Below are positions 55,174-63,147 of a DNA stretch of 64,000 bases, in pieces. The DNA comes from Acinetobacter phage AM24: the sequence record KY000079.2, one strand, 5' to 3'. Positions within the stretch are counted from its first letter, which is position 1, and every line of letters begins with the position of its first letter. Both the position numbers and the translations under genes were made by a program. The notes below the pieces were generated by a model. It was not told the origin of the DNA, did not search any database, and was given only the letters and a program-made list of their open reading frames with translations.

Positions 55174-55562
55174 GTTTATCTGAAGATCAAGATAAAGGTG
55201 AAGGTTTAACGATTGAGGAAATTCGTTCTCGTGCACCAAAAGATGCTACTCTATATGGTTTTGAAGACCAAGAAGATGGACGTTATGTATATTACTTAAA
55301 GGTTATAGATGGTCAAGTGTATATTCAACTATCTTGGATGGATGATTGGATTGAGTCAACGCCAAATAAACTATTTAATAGTGACTTACCACTTAATCCA
55401 CCAAAATATGCTACACATTATGAAATTCAAGGAAATGAGGTAGTATATTATGCTAAGGACCAAATAGGTCGTTGGTGCTATGTTGATGATGACAGTGGTG
55501 GTGGTTGGCCTACGCACTTAGATGAATGGGATCGCTTAGATAATGAACTGAAGCCACTTTAA
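55170..55562 (+). CDS. Hypothetical protein
   Basis: ATGA overlap with the upstream gene. Confidence 0.45.
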   Translation: MSLSEDQDKGEGLTIEEIRSRAPKDATLYGFEDQEDGRYVYYLKVIDGQVYIQLSWMDDWIESTPNKLFNSDLPLNPPKYATHYEIQGNEVVYYAKDQIGRWCYVDDDSGGGWPTHLDEWDRLDNELKPL

Positions 55563-55590
55563 TGTGGTTTTATTTTTTGGAGATTTATAA

Positions 55591-55785
55591 ATGAGTTATT
55601 TTAAAGTAGGTGACAAAGTAGAGGTGATAGAGGTTTTAGCTGCCGATGAGGAAGCTAATATTAAAGTGGGTGATGTTGCAAAAGTCACTGTGGTGAGAGG
55701 GCCTTTGTGGATTCAATGTGAAAATCCTGAATGGGAAGAAGGCTTCATGCCTATGAGAGAGTTCCAAATCAAGAGGGTGGGTTGA
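55591..55785 (+). CDS. Small paralog-family protein (FKVGDKVEVI...VGDVAKVT...ENPEW)
   Basis: RBS GGAG. Confidence 0.55.
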   Translation: MSYFKVGDKVEVIEVLAADEEANIKVGDVAKVTVVRGPLWIQCENPEWEEGFMPMREFQIKRVG

Positions 55786-55787
55786 TT

Positions 55788-55982
55788 ATGAAGTTTCAGG
55801 TAGGTGATAAAGTAGTTATCACAAAGGTTACAGTAACAGATATTAGATTTGGGGTGAAGGTTGGAGATGTAGCCAAGGTGGTTGAACAAGGTGACTGGGA
55901 TCCAAATTGGTACTATTGTAGAAACCCTGATTGGAAACAAGATACAGTCAATATGAAAAATGACCAAATTAAAAAACTCTGA
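55788..55982 (+). CDS. Small paralog-family protein (FQVGDKVVI...VGDVAKVV...RNPDW)
   Basis: An ATG at 55788 follows GAGGGTGGG; the track start at 55731 overlaps the upstream gene. Confidence 0.55.
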   Translation: MKFQVGDKVVITKVTVTDIRFGVKVGDVAKVVEQGDWDPNWYYCRNPDWKQDTVNMKNDQIKKL

Positions 55983-56001
55983 AAATAATTTTAAAAAGTT
56001 G

Positions 56002-56030
56002 TTGACAGGAAAATTAAAACCCACTAACAT
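56002..56030 (+). promoter_or_regulatory. Sigma70-like promoter (AAAAAGTTGTTGACA, 17-nt spacer, TAACAT)
   Basis: Seen in the sequence. Confidence 0.5.
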
Positions 56031-56118
56031 AAGCCTCATAGAGAACAAGCAAACAAAGTTCTTAATGAAATACTTGAATAAACAGCACATTGGTGCACAA
56101 ACTATCTAGGAGATATTA

Positions 56119-57312
56119 ATGGATTTACTTATTGGTCATTCTTACCAGTTAATCAACACTAAAGACCCAGCTTTCATGTTCACAACTGGTTTTAGTGACC
56201 CTAAGACAAATAAAGTCATTAAAGATGCTGTTATTAAACCTTACAGCAAAGATGATGATGGTGATGTTTTTGCTTATGCATACTTCCCAGATCGTCAAGA
56301 CACTATTATCAATCCAGATCATAATGTGTTGATCATTCGAAGTGAATTTGATTTGTTTAAAGAAGTTGGTGCTGGTGATCAATCTCAACCAGAAGTGGAT
56401 GGAATTGAAGAAAGTGAAGTATTCTCTCACAATCTTAAGAAGATGTTCCAAGAGATGGTTGATAAGAACCTAAGCTCTGAAGAGATGCAAGCGAAGATCA
56501 CTGAAACTATCCGTGAAACTGTGCTAGAGCAAGCTCCACGACCACTTGAAGTGAAGTTTGGTGAGAAGACAACTGTAATTGGTACTGCTCACGTAATGCT
56601 TGAAGAAGCTTTAAAACGCTTAAATGCAACAAAGAACATCATGTTAGTTGGTCCTGCTGGTTCTGGTAAGACTTACCTTGCAGCACAACTTGCAGAGTCT
56701 TTAGAGCTTGACTTCTCATCAATTTCTTGTAGCTCTGGTATGTCTGAATCAGTAATTACTGGTTGGTTGTTACCTGTTGATGGTGGTGCATTTGAATATC
56801 ATGAAAGTGACTTTATTCGAATTTACGAAAATGGTGGTGTGTTCTTGTTCGATGAAATGGATGCTGCTGACCCATCTATCCTATTGATCATCAACCAAGC
56901 ATTAGCAAACGGTAAAATTACTGTTCCGCAACGTAAAGGTAATACCGAAGTTAAACGACATAAAGATTTCATTTGCGTTGGTGCATGTAACACATTTGGT
57001 CGTGGTTCTAACTTGATGTACTCTGGTCGTGAACGTCTTGATGAATCAACACTTGACCGTTTCCGTTTAGGTTTGATGGAAATGGACTACGATAAGCTTC
57101 TTGAAGAAAGAGTTGTTGATAAAGCTGTTCGTGATTGGGCTTGGCAAGTACGTGCTCGAATTCAGGAAAGTGGTTTACGCCGAGTGATGTCAACACGTTT
57201 CATGATCGATGCAACTAAGTTATTACAAAACACTGATGCAACAATGCAGAAAGTAAAAGATATCTTCTTTGTTGGTTGGAAGGAAGATGAACGCCGAAAA
57301 GTTGACCACTAA
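56119..57312 (+). CDS. AAA+ ATPase (MoxR/AAA_5-like) with an N-terminal extension
   Basis: Walker A LVGPAGSGKTYLA and Walker B VFLFDEMD. RBS AGGAGA. Confidence 0.65.
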   Translation: MDLLIGHSYQLINTKDPAFMFTTGFSDPKTNKVIKDAVIKPYSKDDDGDVFAYAYFPDRQDTIINPDHNVLIIRSEFDLFKEVGAGDQSQPEVDGIEESEVFSHNLKKMFQEMVDKNLSSEEMQAKITETIRETVLEQAPRPLEVKFGEKTTVIGTAHVMLEEALKRLNATKNIMLVGPAGSGKTYLAAQLAESLELDFSSISCSSGMSESVITGWLLPVDGGAFEYHESDFIRIYENGGVFLFDEMDAADPSILLIINQALANGKITVPQRKGNTEVKRHKDFICVGACNTFGRGSNLMYSGRERLDESTLDRFRLGLMEMDYDKLLEERVVDKAVRDWAWQVRARIQESGLRRVMSTRFMIDATKLLQNTDATMQKVKDIFFVGWKEDERRKVDH

Positions 57313-57328
57313 AAGTCAACTGAAGTTA

Positions 57329-57360
57329 GCCTCTAGAGATTACTCTAGGGGTTTTCTTTT
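57329..57360 (+). terminator. Rho-independent terminator (CCTCTAGAG...CTCTAGGGG followed by TTTTCTTTT)
   Basis: Seen in the sequence. Confidence 0.5.
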
Positions 57361-57373
57361 GCATAAATTTTAC

Positions 57374-57402
57374 TTGATTTAAAAATAGAATTTGTTTAGA
57401 AT
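57374..57402 (+). promoter_or_regulatory. Sigma70-like promoter (TTGATT, 17-nt spacer, TAGAAT)
   Basis: Seen in the sequence. Confidence 0.45.
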
Positions 57403-57438
57403 CTACTTAGTTATTAAACTCAATAAGAGGATATCTCA

Positions 57439-58332
57439 ATGTATAAAGCTGTTGAAAATGTTAAAGGTTTGCGCGGTAAAGTGGCGATCGTTAAATATAG
57501 AAATGTTTCTGATGCTATGGACCACTATAAGAAATATGATGTGGACATCCCTTTCAAGCACAATAAAGGTCAGGTTTCAGAGTATCGTGGTGGTCATCAT
57601 AGTACTGATTGGACAGGTTTTAGTGATCAACGTCACTTTGAACAAACTATGCTTCATGGTGATAAAATCAAAGCGATTGAGATTGAAGAAATTCAAGCAC
57701 CAGAAGTTAAGGTTGAGTCACGTAAACGTAAACGCCACAAAGGACCTATCGGTGATACTTTAGATATTCATGCAGTATATCGTGGTGAATTAGATCGTGC
57801 ATGGACCTATACCAAACGTGATATGCATGATGGTGGCATGAAAAACATTACCCTCCTAATTAACATTGGTGATAACTGTGGTATTTCCTCACAGGCATTA
57901 GGGTGGCGTGGTGCAGTGGCATTGAAAGTCTGTGATGTGATGACTGAAGCTGGCTACAATGTTCGAATCATTGCTAACCAAATGACTGAAAATGTAACCC
58001 GTGATGATGATGGTTATGGTTACAATTGCACAACTGTTAAAGACTTTGATGAATACTTGGATGTTCCTAAGCTTGCTGCTATCTTCTGTCGTGCAGGTTT
58101 CTTCCGTTCAGTAATCTTCACCACAATTGTTTATGAAGCTGAATTACTAGGGAAACGTGTAGATTATGGTTTAGGTCGATCTATCAAGTCACAGAGTGAG
58201 GAAGGTAAGAAGCTCATCGAACATGTGCACCAAGACGAAGGATATATGGTGGTATTCCCTTCAGTGAATGGTAAAGAAGATGCTTTAAATGCCATGAAGG
58301 AGATCTTAAAGCCTTATTTAATTGAGGAATAA
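57439..58332 (+). CDS. Hypothetical protein, possibly a partner of the AAA+ ATPase
   Basis: RBS AAGAGGA. No recognizable motif was found. Confidence 0.45.
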   Translation: MYKAVENVKGLRGKVAIVKYRNVSDAMDHYKKYDVDIPFKHNKGQVSEYRGGHHSTDWTGFSDQRHFEQTMLHGDKIKAIEIEEIQAPEVKVESRKRKRHKGPIGDTLDIHAVYRGELDRAWTYTKRDMHDGGMKNITLLINIGDNCGISSQALGWRGAVALKVCDVMTEAGYNVRIIANQMTENVTRDDDGYGYNCTTVKDFDEYLDVPKLAAIFCRAGFFRSVIFTTIVYEAELLGKRVDYGLGRSIKSQSEEGKKLIEHVHQDEGYMVVFPSVNGKEDALNAMKEILKPYLIEE

Positions 58333-58334
58333 TC

Positions 58335-58616
58335 ATGGATCGTCAAGAGATGATTAAAAAGTACCCTATCGGCTCTAAGCTGGTAGGGAGGTATCTAGGA
58401 CACAAACAGTCTTCAAGTGAAATGATTTGTAAGGTTGTTGGTTATTCTGCTTTCAGAACTTCGATGTTAGTCTATAATCCAGAAATAATTGGTCATACTG
58501 GTACTGGAAGATGTGTAGATCAAACAGGATCTAGGATTTCTGGGGAAAAGATAAAAGATCTTTATGGTAACCATTGTTGGTATGTTAAATATGAAGATTT
58601 GCGAGGTAATCAATGA
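58335..58616 (+). CDS. Small paralog-family protein, subtype B (YPIGSKLV...CKVVGYS...YNPEIIGH)
   Basis: RBS GAGGAA. Confidence 0.55.
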   Translation: MDRQEMIKKYPIGSKLVGRYLGHKQSSSEMICKVVGYSAFRTSMLVYNPEIIGHTGTGRCVDQTGSRISGEKIKDLYGNHCWYVKYEDLRGNQ

Positions 58617-58906
58617 TTTTAGAAGAGTTAGAAGACATTGCTAGAGAATATCCAATAGGTTCGAAGGTTATATGCAATGGTAATCATCTTGGTTATGGGA
58701 GTAATGAGAAAGACTTAGTTTGTAAAGTTCTTGGCTATAGTCGATTGGGCTATGGTTTGTTATTATACAACCCTGACATTACAGGACACTCAGGGAATGA
58801 CTATTGTTTAAATGGTTTGCATGAAGAAGTTGATCAAAGCTACCTTGAGAGAAACTACCGAGAGAGTTGCTGGTATATTAGCTACAACATGGTTAAGAAG
58901 GTGTAG
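58613..58906 (+). CDS. Small paralog-family protein, subtype B
   Basis: ATGA overlap with the upstream gene. Confidence 0.55.
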   Translation: MILEELEDIAREYPIGSKVICNGNHLGYGSNEKDLVCKVLGYSRLGYGLLLYNPDITGHSGNDYCLNGLHEEVDQSYLERNYRESCWYISYNMVKKV

Positions 58907-58936
58907 TATACCTATAGATAAAATGTGGAGGTATAA

Positions 58937-59209
58937 ATGGTTGCTATTCCAAAAGATAAATTCCCTATTGGATGTAAAGTAAGGGTGATTAGTGGAGATT
59001 GTTGCTGGAAAACTGGAGATATTGGCAAGGTTATAGGTTATAGTGATACAGATGATGTTGTTGTATATAATCCACGTATAGAAGGCCATAATGCAGAAAT
59101 TTCTTGTTTTGATGAGAATGGTTGTAGGGTCAAAGATGAAGTAAGGTTAAAATATGCAGGTCATTTATGGTACTTCTCTATAAGAAGTATAGAAAGAATT
59201 GGAGGTTAG
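58937..59209 (+). CDS. Small paralog-family protein, subtype B
   Basis: RBS GGAGG. Confidence 0.55.
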   Translation: MVAIPKDKFPIGCKVRVISGDCCWKTGDIGKVIGYSDTDDVVVYNPRIEGHNAEISCFDENGCRVKDEVRLKYAGHLWYFSIRSIERIGG

Positions 59210-59212
59210 GTT

Positions 59213-59674
59213 ATGAGTAAGCAAGTAGAAAACCCTAAGTACAAAGCCTTAAAACAACCTACAGGTAATGGTTCATGTCGCCCTAAAGGTTATGGCTGGG
59301 TACAAGTTGATAGGTTGGTTGGCTCTGACAATCAGTATGGTATTGTAGAAAATGGTATCTATAAGGTTGTGGTGTATAATCCTTTAGGTGTAATTATTAT
59401 TACTCCAGATGCCCCGTATGGTGACAACACAAGAGAGCTAATTAAAGACCAATACCATTGGGTTTCATTTGATGATGTCTTTAACCCAATACCTGAAGAT
59501 GAAGAACTGAAGGTGGGTGATAGGGTGATGCTTAATCAAGACTACAACAACTATAAAAAAGGTTATGTTATGAAAGTAAAAGAAATCAGAAAAGATGGTG
59601 ACGATTTGCTTGTAAAACTTTGTAATCCGAGTACATCCTTCTGGGCTTATTCTTATAGAATACGTAAATTCTAA
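59213..59674 (+). CDS. Paralog-family protein with an N-terminal extension
   Basis: RBS GGAGG. Contains LKVGDRVML. Confidence 0.5.
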   Translation: MSKQVENPKYKALKQPTGNGSCRPKGYGWVQVDRLVGSDNQYGIVENGIYKVVVYNPLGVIIITPDAPYGDNTRELIKDQYHWVSFDDVFNPIPEDEELKVGDRVMLNQDYNNYKKGYVMKVKEIRKDGDDLLVKLCNPSTSFWAYSYRIRKF

Positions 59675-59693
59675 TTAAGTTTCCCTTGAAAAC

Positions 59694-59722
59694 TTGCACA
59701 AACACTCAAGAAATGGTAATAT
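59694..59722 (+). promoter_or_regulatory. Sigma70-like promoter (TTGCAC, 17-nt spacer, TAATAT)
   Basis: Seen in the sequence. Confidence 0.45.
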
Positions 59723-59758
59723 GCACCTATCAATCAACCAAGCATTATAGGTGCTAAA

Positions 59759-60223
59759 ATGGATAAACTTTTTAAGTATACCAAACTTCAACAATCTCAA
59801 AAAACTTCAAAATTATCATCTACTTACAATAAAGTGACTACTTATGTAGCTCGCTTTTTTCGTGTTGCCTTTAAAAACTTCTTAAGTATGTTTGATGGTG
59901 GAAGTCCTCAAGATATCATGCGAGATAGATTTAAAGAGTGGCACGAAGAGGTAAGTCTTGCAAATAAGAAGGTGGCTTATCAAGTTGGTCAGAGAGTAAC
60001 CATTAATGATGTTTCTTATTTTGAGAAATACAGAGGTTTTCATGCTGGTGATGTTGCAAAAATTACCAAATTGATTAATGAGGATGGTGTTGAGAAGTTA
60101 GCACTGTTCAATCCTAAATGGATTACTGCTAAAGATGAACTTGATTTGGGTTGTGTAATTGTTGACCCTAAGAAATGTATGGTGGAGATTGTTGGTGTTA
60201 AATCTGGGGGTGTAAATGTATAA
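59759..60223 (+). CDS. Paralog-family protein with an N-terminal extension (..AGDVAKIT..FNPKW)
   Basis: Carries the family motif in its C-terminal half. Confidence 0.5.
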   Translation: MDKLFKYTKLQQSQKTSKLSSTYNKVTTYVARFFRVAFKNFLSMFDGGSPQDIMRDRFKEWHEEVSLANKKVAYQVGQRVTINDVSYFEKYRGFHAGDVAKITKLINEDGVEKLALFNPKWITAKDELDLGCVIVDPKKCMVEIVGVKSGGVNV

Positions 60224-60425
60224 TGAAGGTCTGCCTGTAGATGGTGCTAAAATAGTGGTACATAGCCCTGATGACATATCTAGAAACACCCACAACGTAA
60301 GAGAAAACGATGTTGGTAAAGTGGTTGGTAGATATAACGGTCAAGGAAATGGAATTGTTGCCAAGAACCCTAACTGGAAAGATGGTACACTGTGCTTAGG
60401 TCCTAATAAGTACGAGGTAATTTAA
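60216..60425 (+). CDS. Small paralog-family protein
   Basis: 8-nt overlap with the upstream gene. Confidence 0.55.
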   Translation: MYNEGLPVDGAKIVVHSPDDISRNTHNVRENDVGKVVGRYNGQGNGIVAKNPNWKDGTLCLGPNKYEVI

Positions 60426-60426
60426 C

Positions 60427-60627
60427 ATGAAAGCTAAAATTGGTGATATTATAGAAATCACCACACCTGATGAAGAAAGTTTAAAAAGAGGTGTGAAATT
60501 AGGACAAATTGGAAAAGTTACTGAAGAGTATGAGTTCGGTTGTTTTGCCAAGAATCCTTTATGGGGTGAAAAAATTGTAGGTTTCTGGAATGACGAATTT
60601 GAAGTCTTAAATGAAGTGCAGAGGTAG
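60427..60627 (+). CDS. Small paralog-family protein
   Basis: Tightly packed against the upstream gene. Confidence 0.5.
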   Translation: MKAKIGDIIEITTPDEESLKRGVKLGQIGKVTEEYEFGCFAKNPLWGEKIVGFWNDEFEVLNEVQR

Positions 60628-60636
60628 GAATAAGTT

Positions 60637-60951
60637 ATGGAAAGTTGGGATGGTTATTTAGAAACATACCCTATTGGGGGTAGTTATAAGGAACATAGTA
60701 GTGGTACGGGTCAATCTAAAAATATTAAAGTTGGATCTAGGATTATTGTAACAAACCCTGACGCTGTTTCCCAAAGAGTTGGTAAGATTAAAGCTGGCGA
60801 TGTTGGTAAGGTTGTATGTGTGGATGCAGTTAATGGTATACTGGCATATAACCCCAACTGGAATAATCGAGATCGTAGTGTTGATGATGACTATGATTAC
60901 AATGGGACAGCTTGTTTTTTACTCCCGTATGAATTTGAGATCATATCTTAG
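60637..60951 (+). CDS. Small paralog-family protein
   Basis: RBS GAGGTAGG. Confidence 0.55.
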   Translation: MESWDGYLETYPIGGSYKEHSSGTGQSKNIKVGSRIIVTNPDAVSQRVGKIKAGDVGKVVCVDAVNGILAYNPNWNNRDRSVDDDYDYNGTACFLLPYEFEIIS

Positions 60952-60959
60952 GTGACAAT

Positions 60960-61145
60960 ATGGTGAAGATAGGCACTAAAGTTATTGTAAAGTATGTATA
61001 TTTAATGTCTACTAGTGGTGCAAAAGTTGGTGATGTTGCCAAAGTTATTGGTCGTTATAATGGCAATGGGGTTGTTGTAAAGAACCCTAATTGGTTGTGT
61101 GGTACACTATCACTAAAATTTGGTGAATTTGAGCTAATAAAGTGA
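60960..61145 (+). CDS. Small paralog-family protein
   Basis: Carries the family motif. Confidence 0.55.
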   Translation: MVKIGTKVIVKYVYLMSTSGAKVGDVAKVIGRYNGNGVVVKNPNWLCGTLSLKFGEFELIK

Positions 61146-61152
61146 GGATGTT

Positions 61153-61413
61153 ATGACTGAGTGTTACGGCTGGTATGTTCCAACATCACAAAAAGAGTAT
61201 GTTATACGAGTTGGCGATAAAGTTGAAATTATCGATGCTTGGGGGATGGATAAAGAAAAGGGGATTCAAAATGATCACATTGCCAAGGTTACTCAAGTCG
61301 GAGATAAATACATTTTATGTAGGAATCCAATTTGGAAAATTAGGGGTGATAGAGCTATGGGATTTGAACAAGTGAAGTTGATAGACTTATCAGATAAGGA
61401 GGAATTGCTATGA
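61153..61413 (+). CDS. Small paralog-family protein
   Basis: RBS GTGAGGA. Confidence 0.5.
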   Translation: MTECYGWYVPTSQKEYVIRVGDKVEIIDAWGMDKEKGIQNDHIAKVTQVGDKYILCRNPIWKIRGDRAMGFEQVKLIDLSDKEELL

Positions 61414-61667
61414 AAGAACCAGAAATTGGCACAAAAGTTGTAATTGTTAATCCTGATGATCATTCTCGTGGAGAGGGTATTGTGGAGGGAGATGTTGCGA
61501 AGGTTGTTGGGGTGGATACTTGCATAAAAGATTGTGATTTACTACTTCTCTTGCACAATCCTAAGTGGGAAAACATGCAAGAAGGTGTTCTAAGTTGCAA
61601 CACACCTTGTCATCTTGTATACTTATCTGAATGTGATATTTACGAAGAATGCCTTAAGGGGACTTAG
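61410..61667 (+). CDS. Small paralog-family protein
   Basis: ATGA overlap with the upstream gene. Confidence 0.55.
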   Translation: MKEPEIGTKVVIVNPDDHSRGEGIVEGDVAKVVGVDTCIKDCDLLLLLHNPKWENMQEGVLSCNTPCHLVYLSECDIYEECLKGT

Positions 61668-61669
61668 TT

Positions 61670-61960
61670 ATGAGTTGGAGAGTACCTGAAATTGGTGAGA
61701 GGGTTGTGATGTCACACCCTGATTATGAATCAAAAATACACAAGATTAAATCGGGAGATGTTGGAAAAGTAGTGGGAATAATACCTGATGATGACCCAAG
61801 CCTAGTATTACTATTCTTGTACAATCCAAACTGGGACCTTGATGAATACTATCCTCATGATATTGGGGATGAGTTTATAGGCGACCCTGAAGAAGCTTGT
61901 CTGGTGTATATTCGTGAATGTGATCTTCATGGAATAAATGAGAGTGAGGCAAAATTGTAA
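61670..61960 (+). CDS. Small paralog-family protein
   Basis: RBS AAGGGG. Confidence 0.55.
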   Translation: MSWRVPEIGERVVMSHPDYESKIHKIKSGDVGKVVGIIPDDDPSLVLLFLYNPNWDLDEYYPHDIGDEFIGDPEEACLVYIRECDLHGINESEAKL

Positions 61961-62060
61961 TGGAAATTGGACAAAAATTGTTGTAAAGCACCTAGATTTC
62001 TAGTCTAAACAGGATGTGATTAAATATGGTAATGTTGGTAAGGTATTTGGAGGTTGATTA

Positions 62061-62411
62061 ATGGCTCAGAAATTAGAGTTTCATGAAGGTTATGTCCTGA
62101 TGGATGGGGTCAAAATGAATGTTGATTTGGATTATACTGACCAAACAACAGGCTGGAGCACAAAAGATGTAATAGAAGCATTCCCATATGGTTGCAAGGT
62201 CAGCCTTGATGTAGAAGGTTTGGTTGGTAGAAAGGGTGTAGGTAAGGTTGTGGGATATTGGGATGACTGTGTTCTTGTTTATAATCCACAGAATACAGGA
62301 CACTCTGGAGGGTCATTTTTTGAGGAAAACAGGCATTTATGGAAAGAGATTTATAGTGGAAAATGTTGGTGGATTCATTTTACTAGAGTTAGAGATGTGA
62401 GAAAGATATGA
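62061..62411 (+). CDS. Paralog-family protein, subtype B
   Basis: RBS GGAGG. Confidence 0.55.
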   Translation: MAQKLEFHEGYVLMDGVKMNVDLDYTDQTTGWSTKDVIEAFPYGCKVSLDVEGLVGRKGVGKVVGYWDDCVLVYNPQNTGHSGGSFFEENRHLWKEIYSGKCWWIHFTRVRDVRKI

Positions 62412-62752
62412 GTGCTAAGATACCAGAAATACCACCTATACCAGAGCCAGAAAAACCTTATGAAATTTCCCAGACTGTATATAGTCGATTTAATCAGCAA
62501 AAGTGTAAGTATGAAGTATTTTCTGTGGGTGAGAGGGTAAGAATATTCCTTTATGGATCTCAATTCCTGAATAATTATGGAATTTACGATGGTCAAGTAG
62601 GGAAGATTGTGGAGATAAAAAAGGTTGATATGGGGAATGGAAGTGTTGTTGCTAAGATTTACATAAAAAACCCACTATGGCACTATAAATTACCTGACAA
62701 AGACCCTACAATAATGGAGTTTTTGGATCATGAAGTTTCCATATTGGAGTAG
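62408..62752 (+). CDS. Paralog-family protein
   Basis: ATGA overlap with the upstream gene. Confidence 0.5.
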   Translation: MSAKIPEIPPIPEPEKPYEISQTVYSRFNQQKCKYEVFSVGERVRIFLYGSQFLNNYGIYDGQVGKIVEIKKVDMGNGSVVAKIYIKNPLWHYKLPDKDPTIMEFLDHEVSILE

Positions 62753-62826
62753 GGAGTAGGGGTAGAGTAGTAATTAAAGTGTTAACTAGAGTAGCTATTA
62801 GAAATTATAAGTTTTAGGAGGATTTT

Positions 62827-63147
62827 ATGCCTAGTGTAGATTTTGAGAGTTTATTCAGTCTTAGTTCTGAGGATAGACCAGTAGGTTATCGCACAAAGGA
62901 TGTTAAAATTATTATATCAGTACCACAAAAAGAAAAGGTTATCTTTAAAGGTTGGGACATGAGTAGGCGAGATGGTGTCTGGAGAAAGATACCTGTAGGT
63001 ACAGTGTTTAAAGTTATGCATGTGACCAAGGATGGGAAATTTCTTGGATGTACAAATCCAGATTACACCTTAAGTGATATTGTTTTTTATAACACTGAGG
63101 TGGAATATGCCATGATTCCTGTAGAGTTGGTTGGAATGGAGGTTTAA
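62827..63147 (+). CDS. Paralog-family-like protein, the last gene before the terminal non-coding region
   Basis: RBS AGGAGG. Confidence 0.5.
   Translation: MPSVDFESLFSLSSEDRPVGYRTKDVKIIISVPQKEKVIFKGWDMSRRDGVWRKIPVGTVFKVMHVTKDGKFLGCTNPDYTLSDIVFYNTEVEYAMIPVELVGMEV

Noticed and set aside
57392-57763. 123-aa + strand ORF overlapping the 57439 gene in another frame
   Set aside because: It has an Ile/Leu/Lys-rich AT-driven composition, no RBS, and overlaps a well-supported gene
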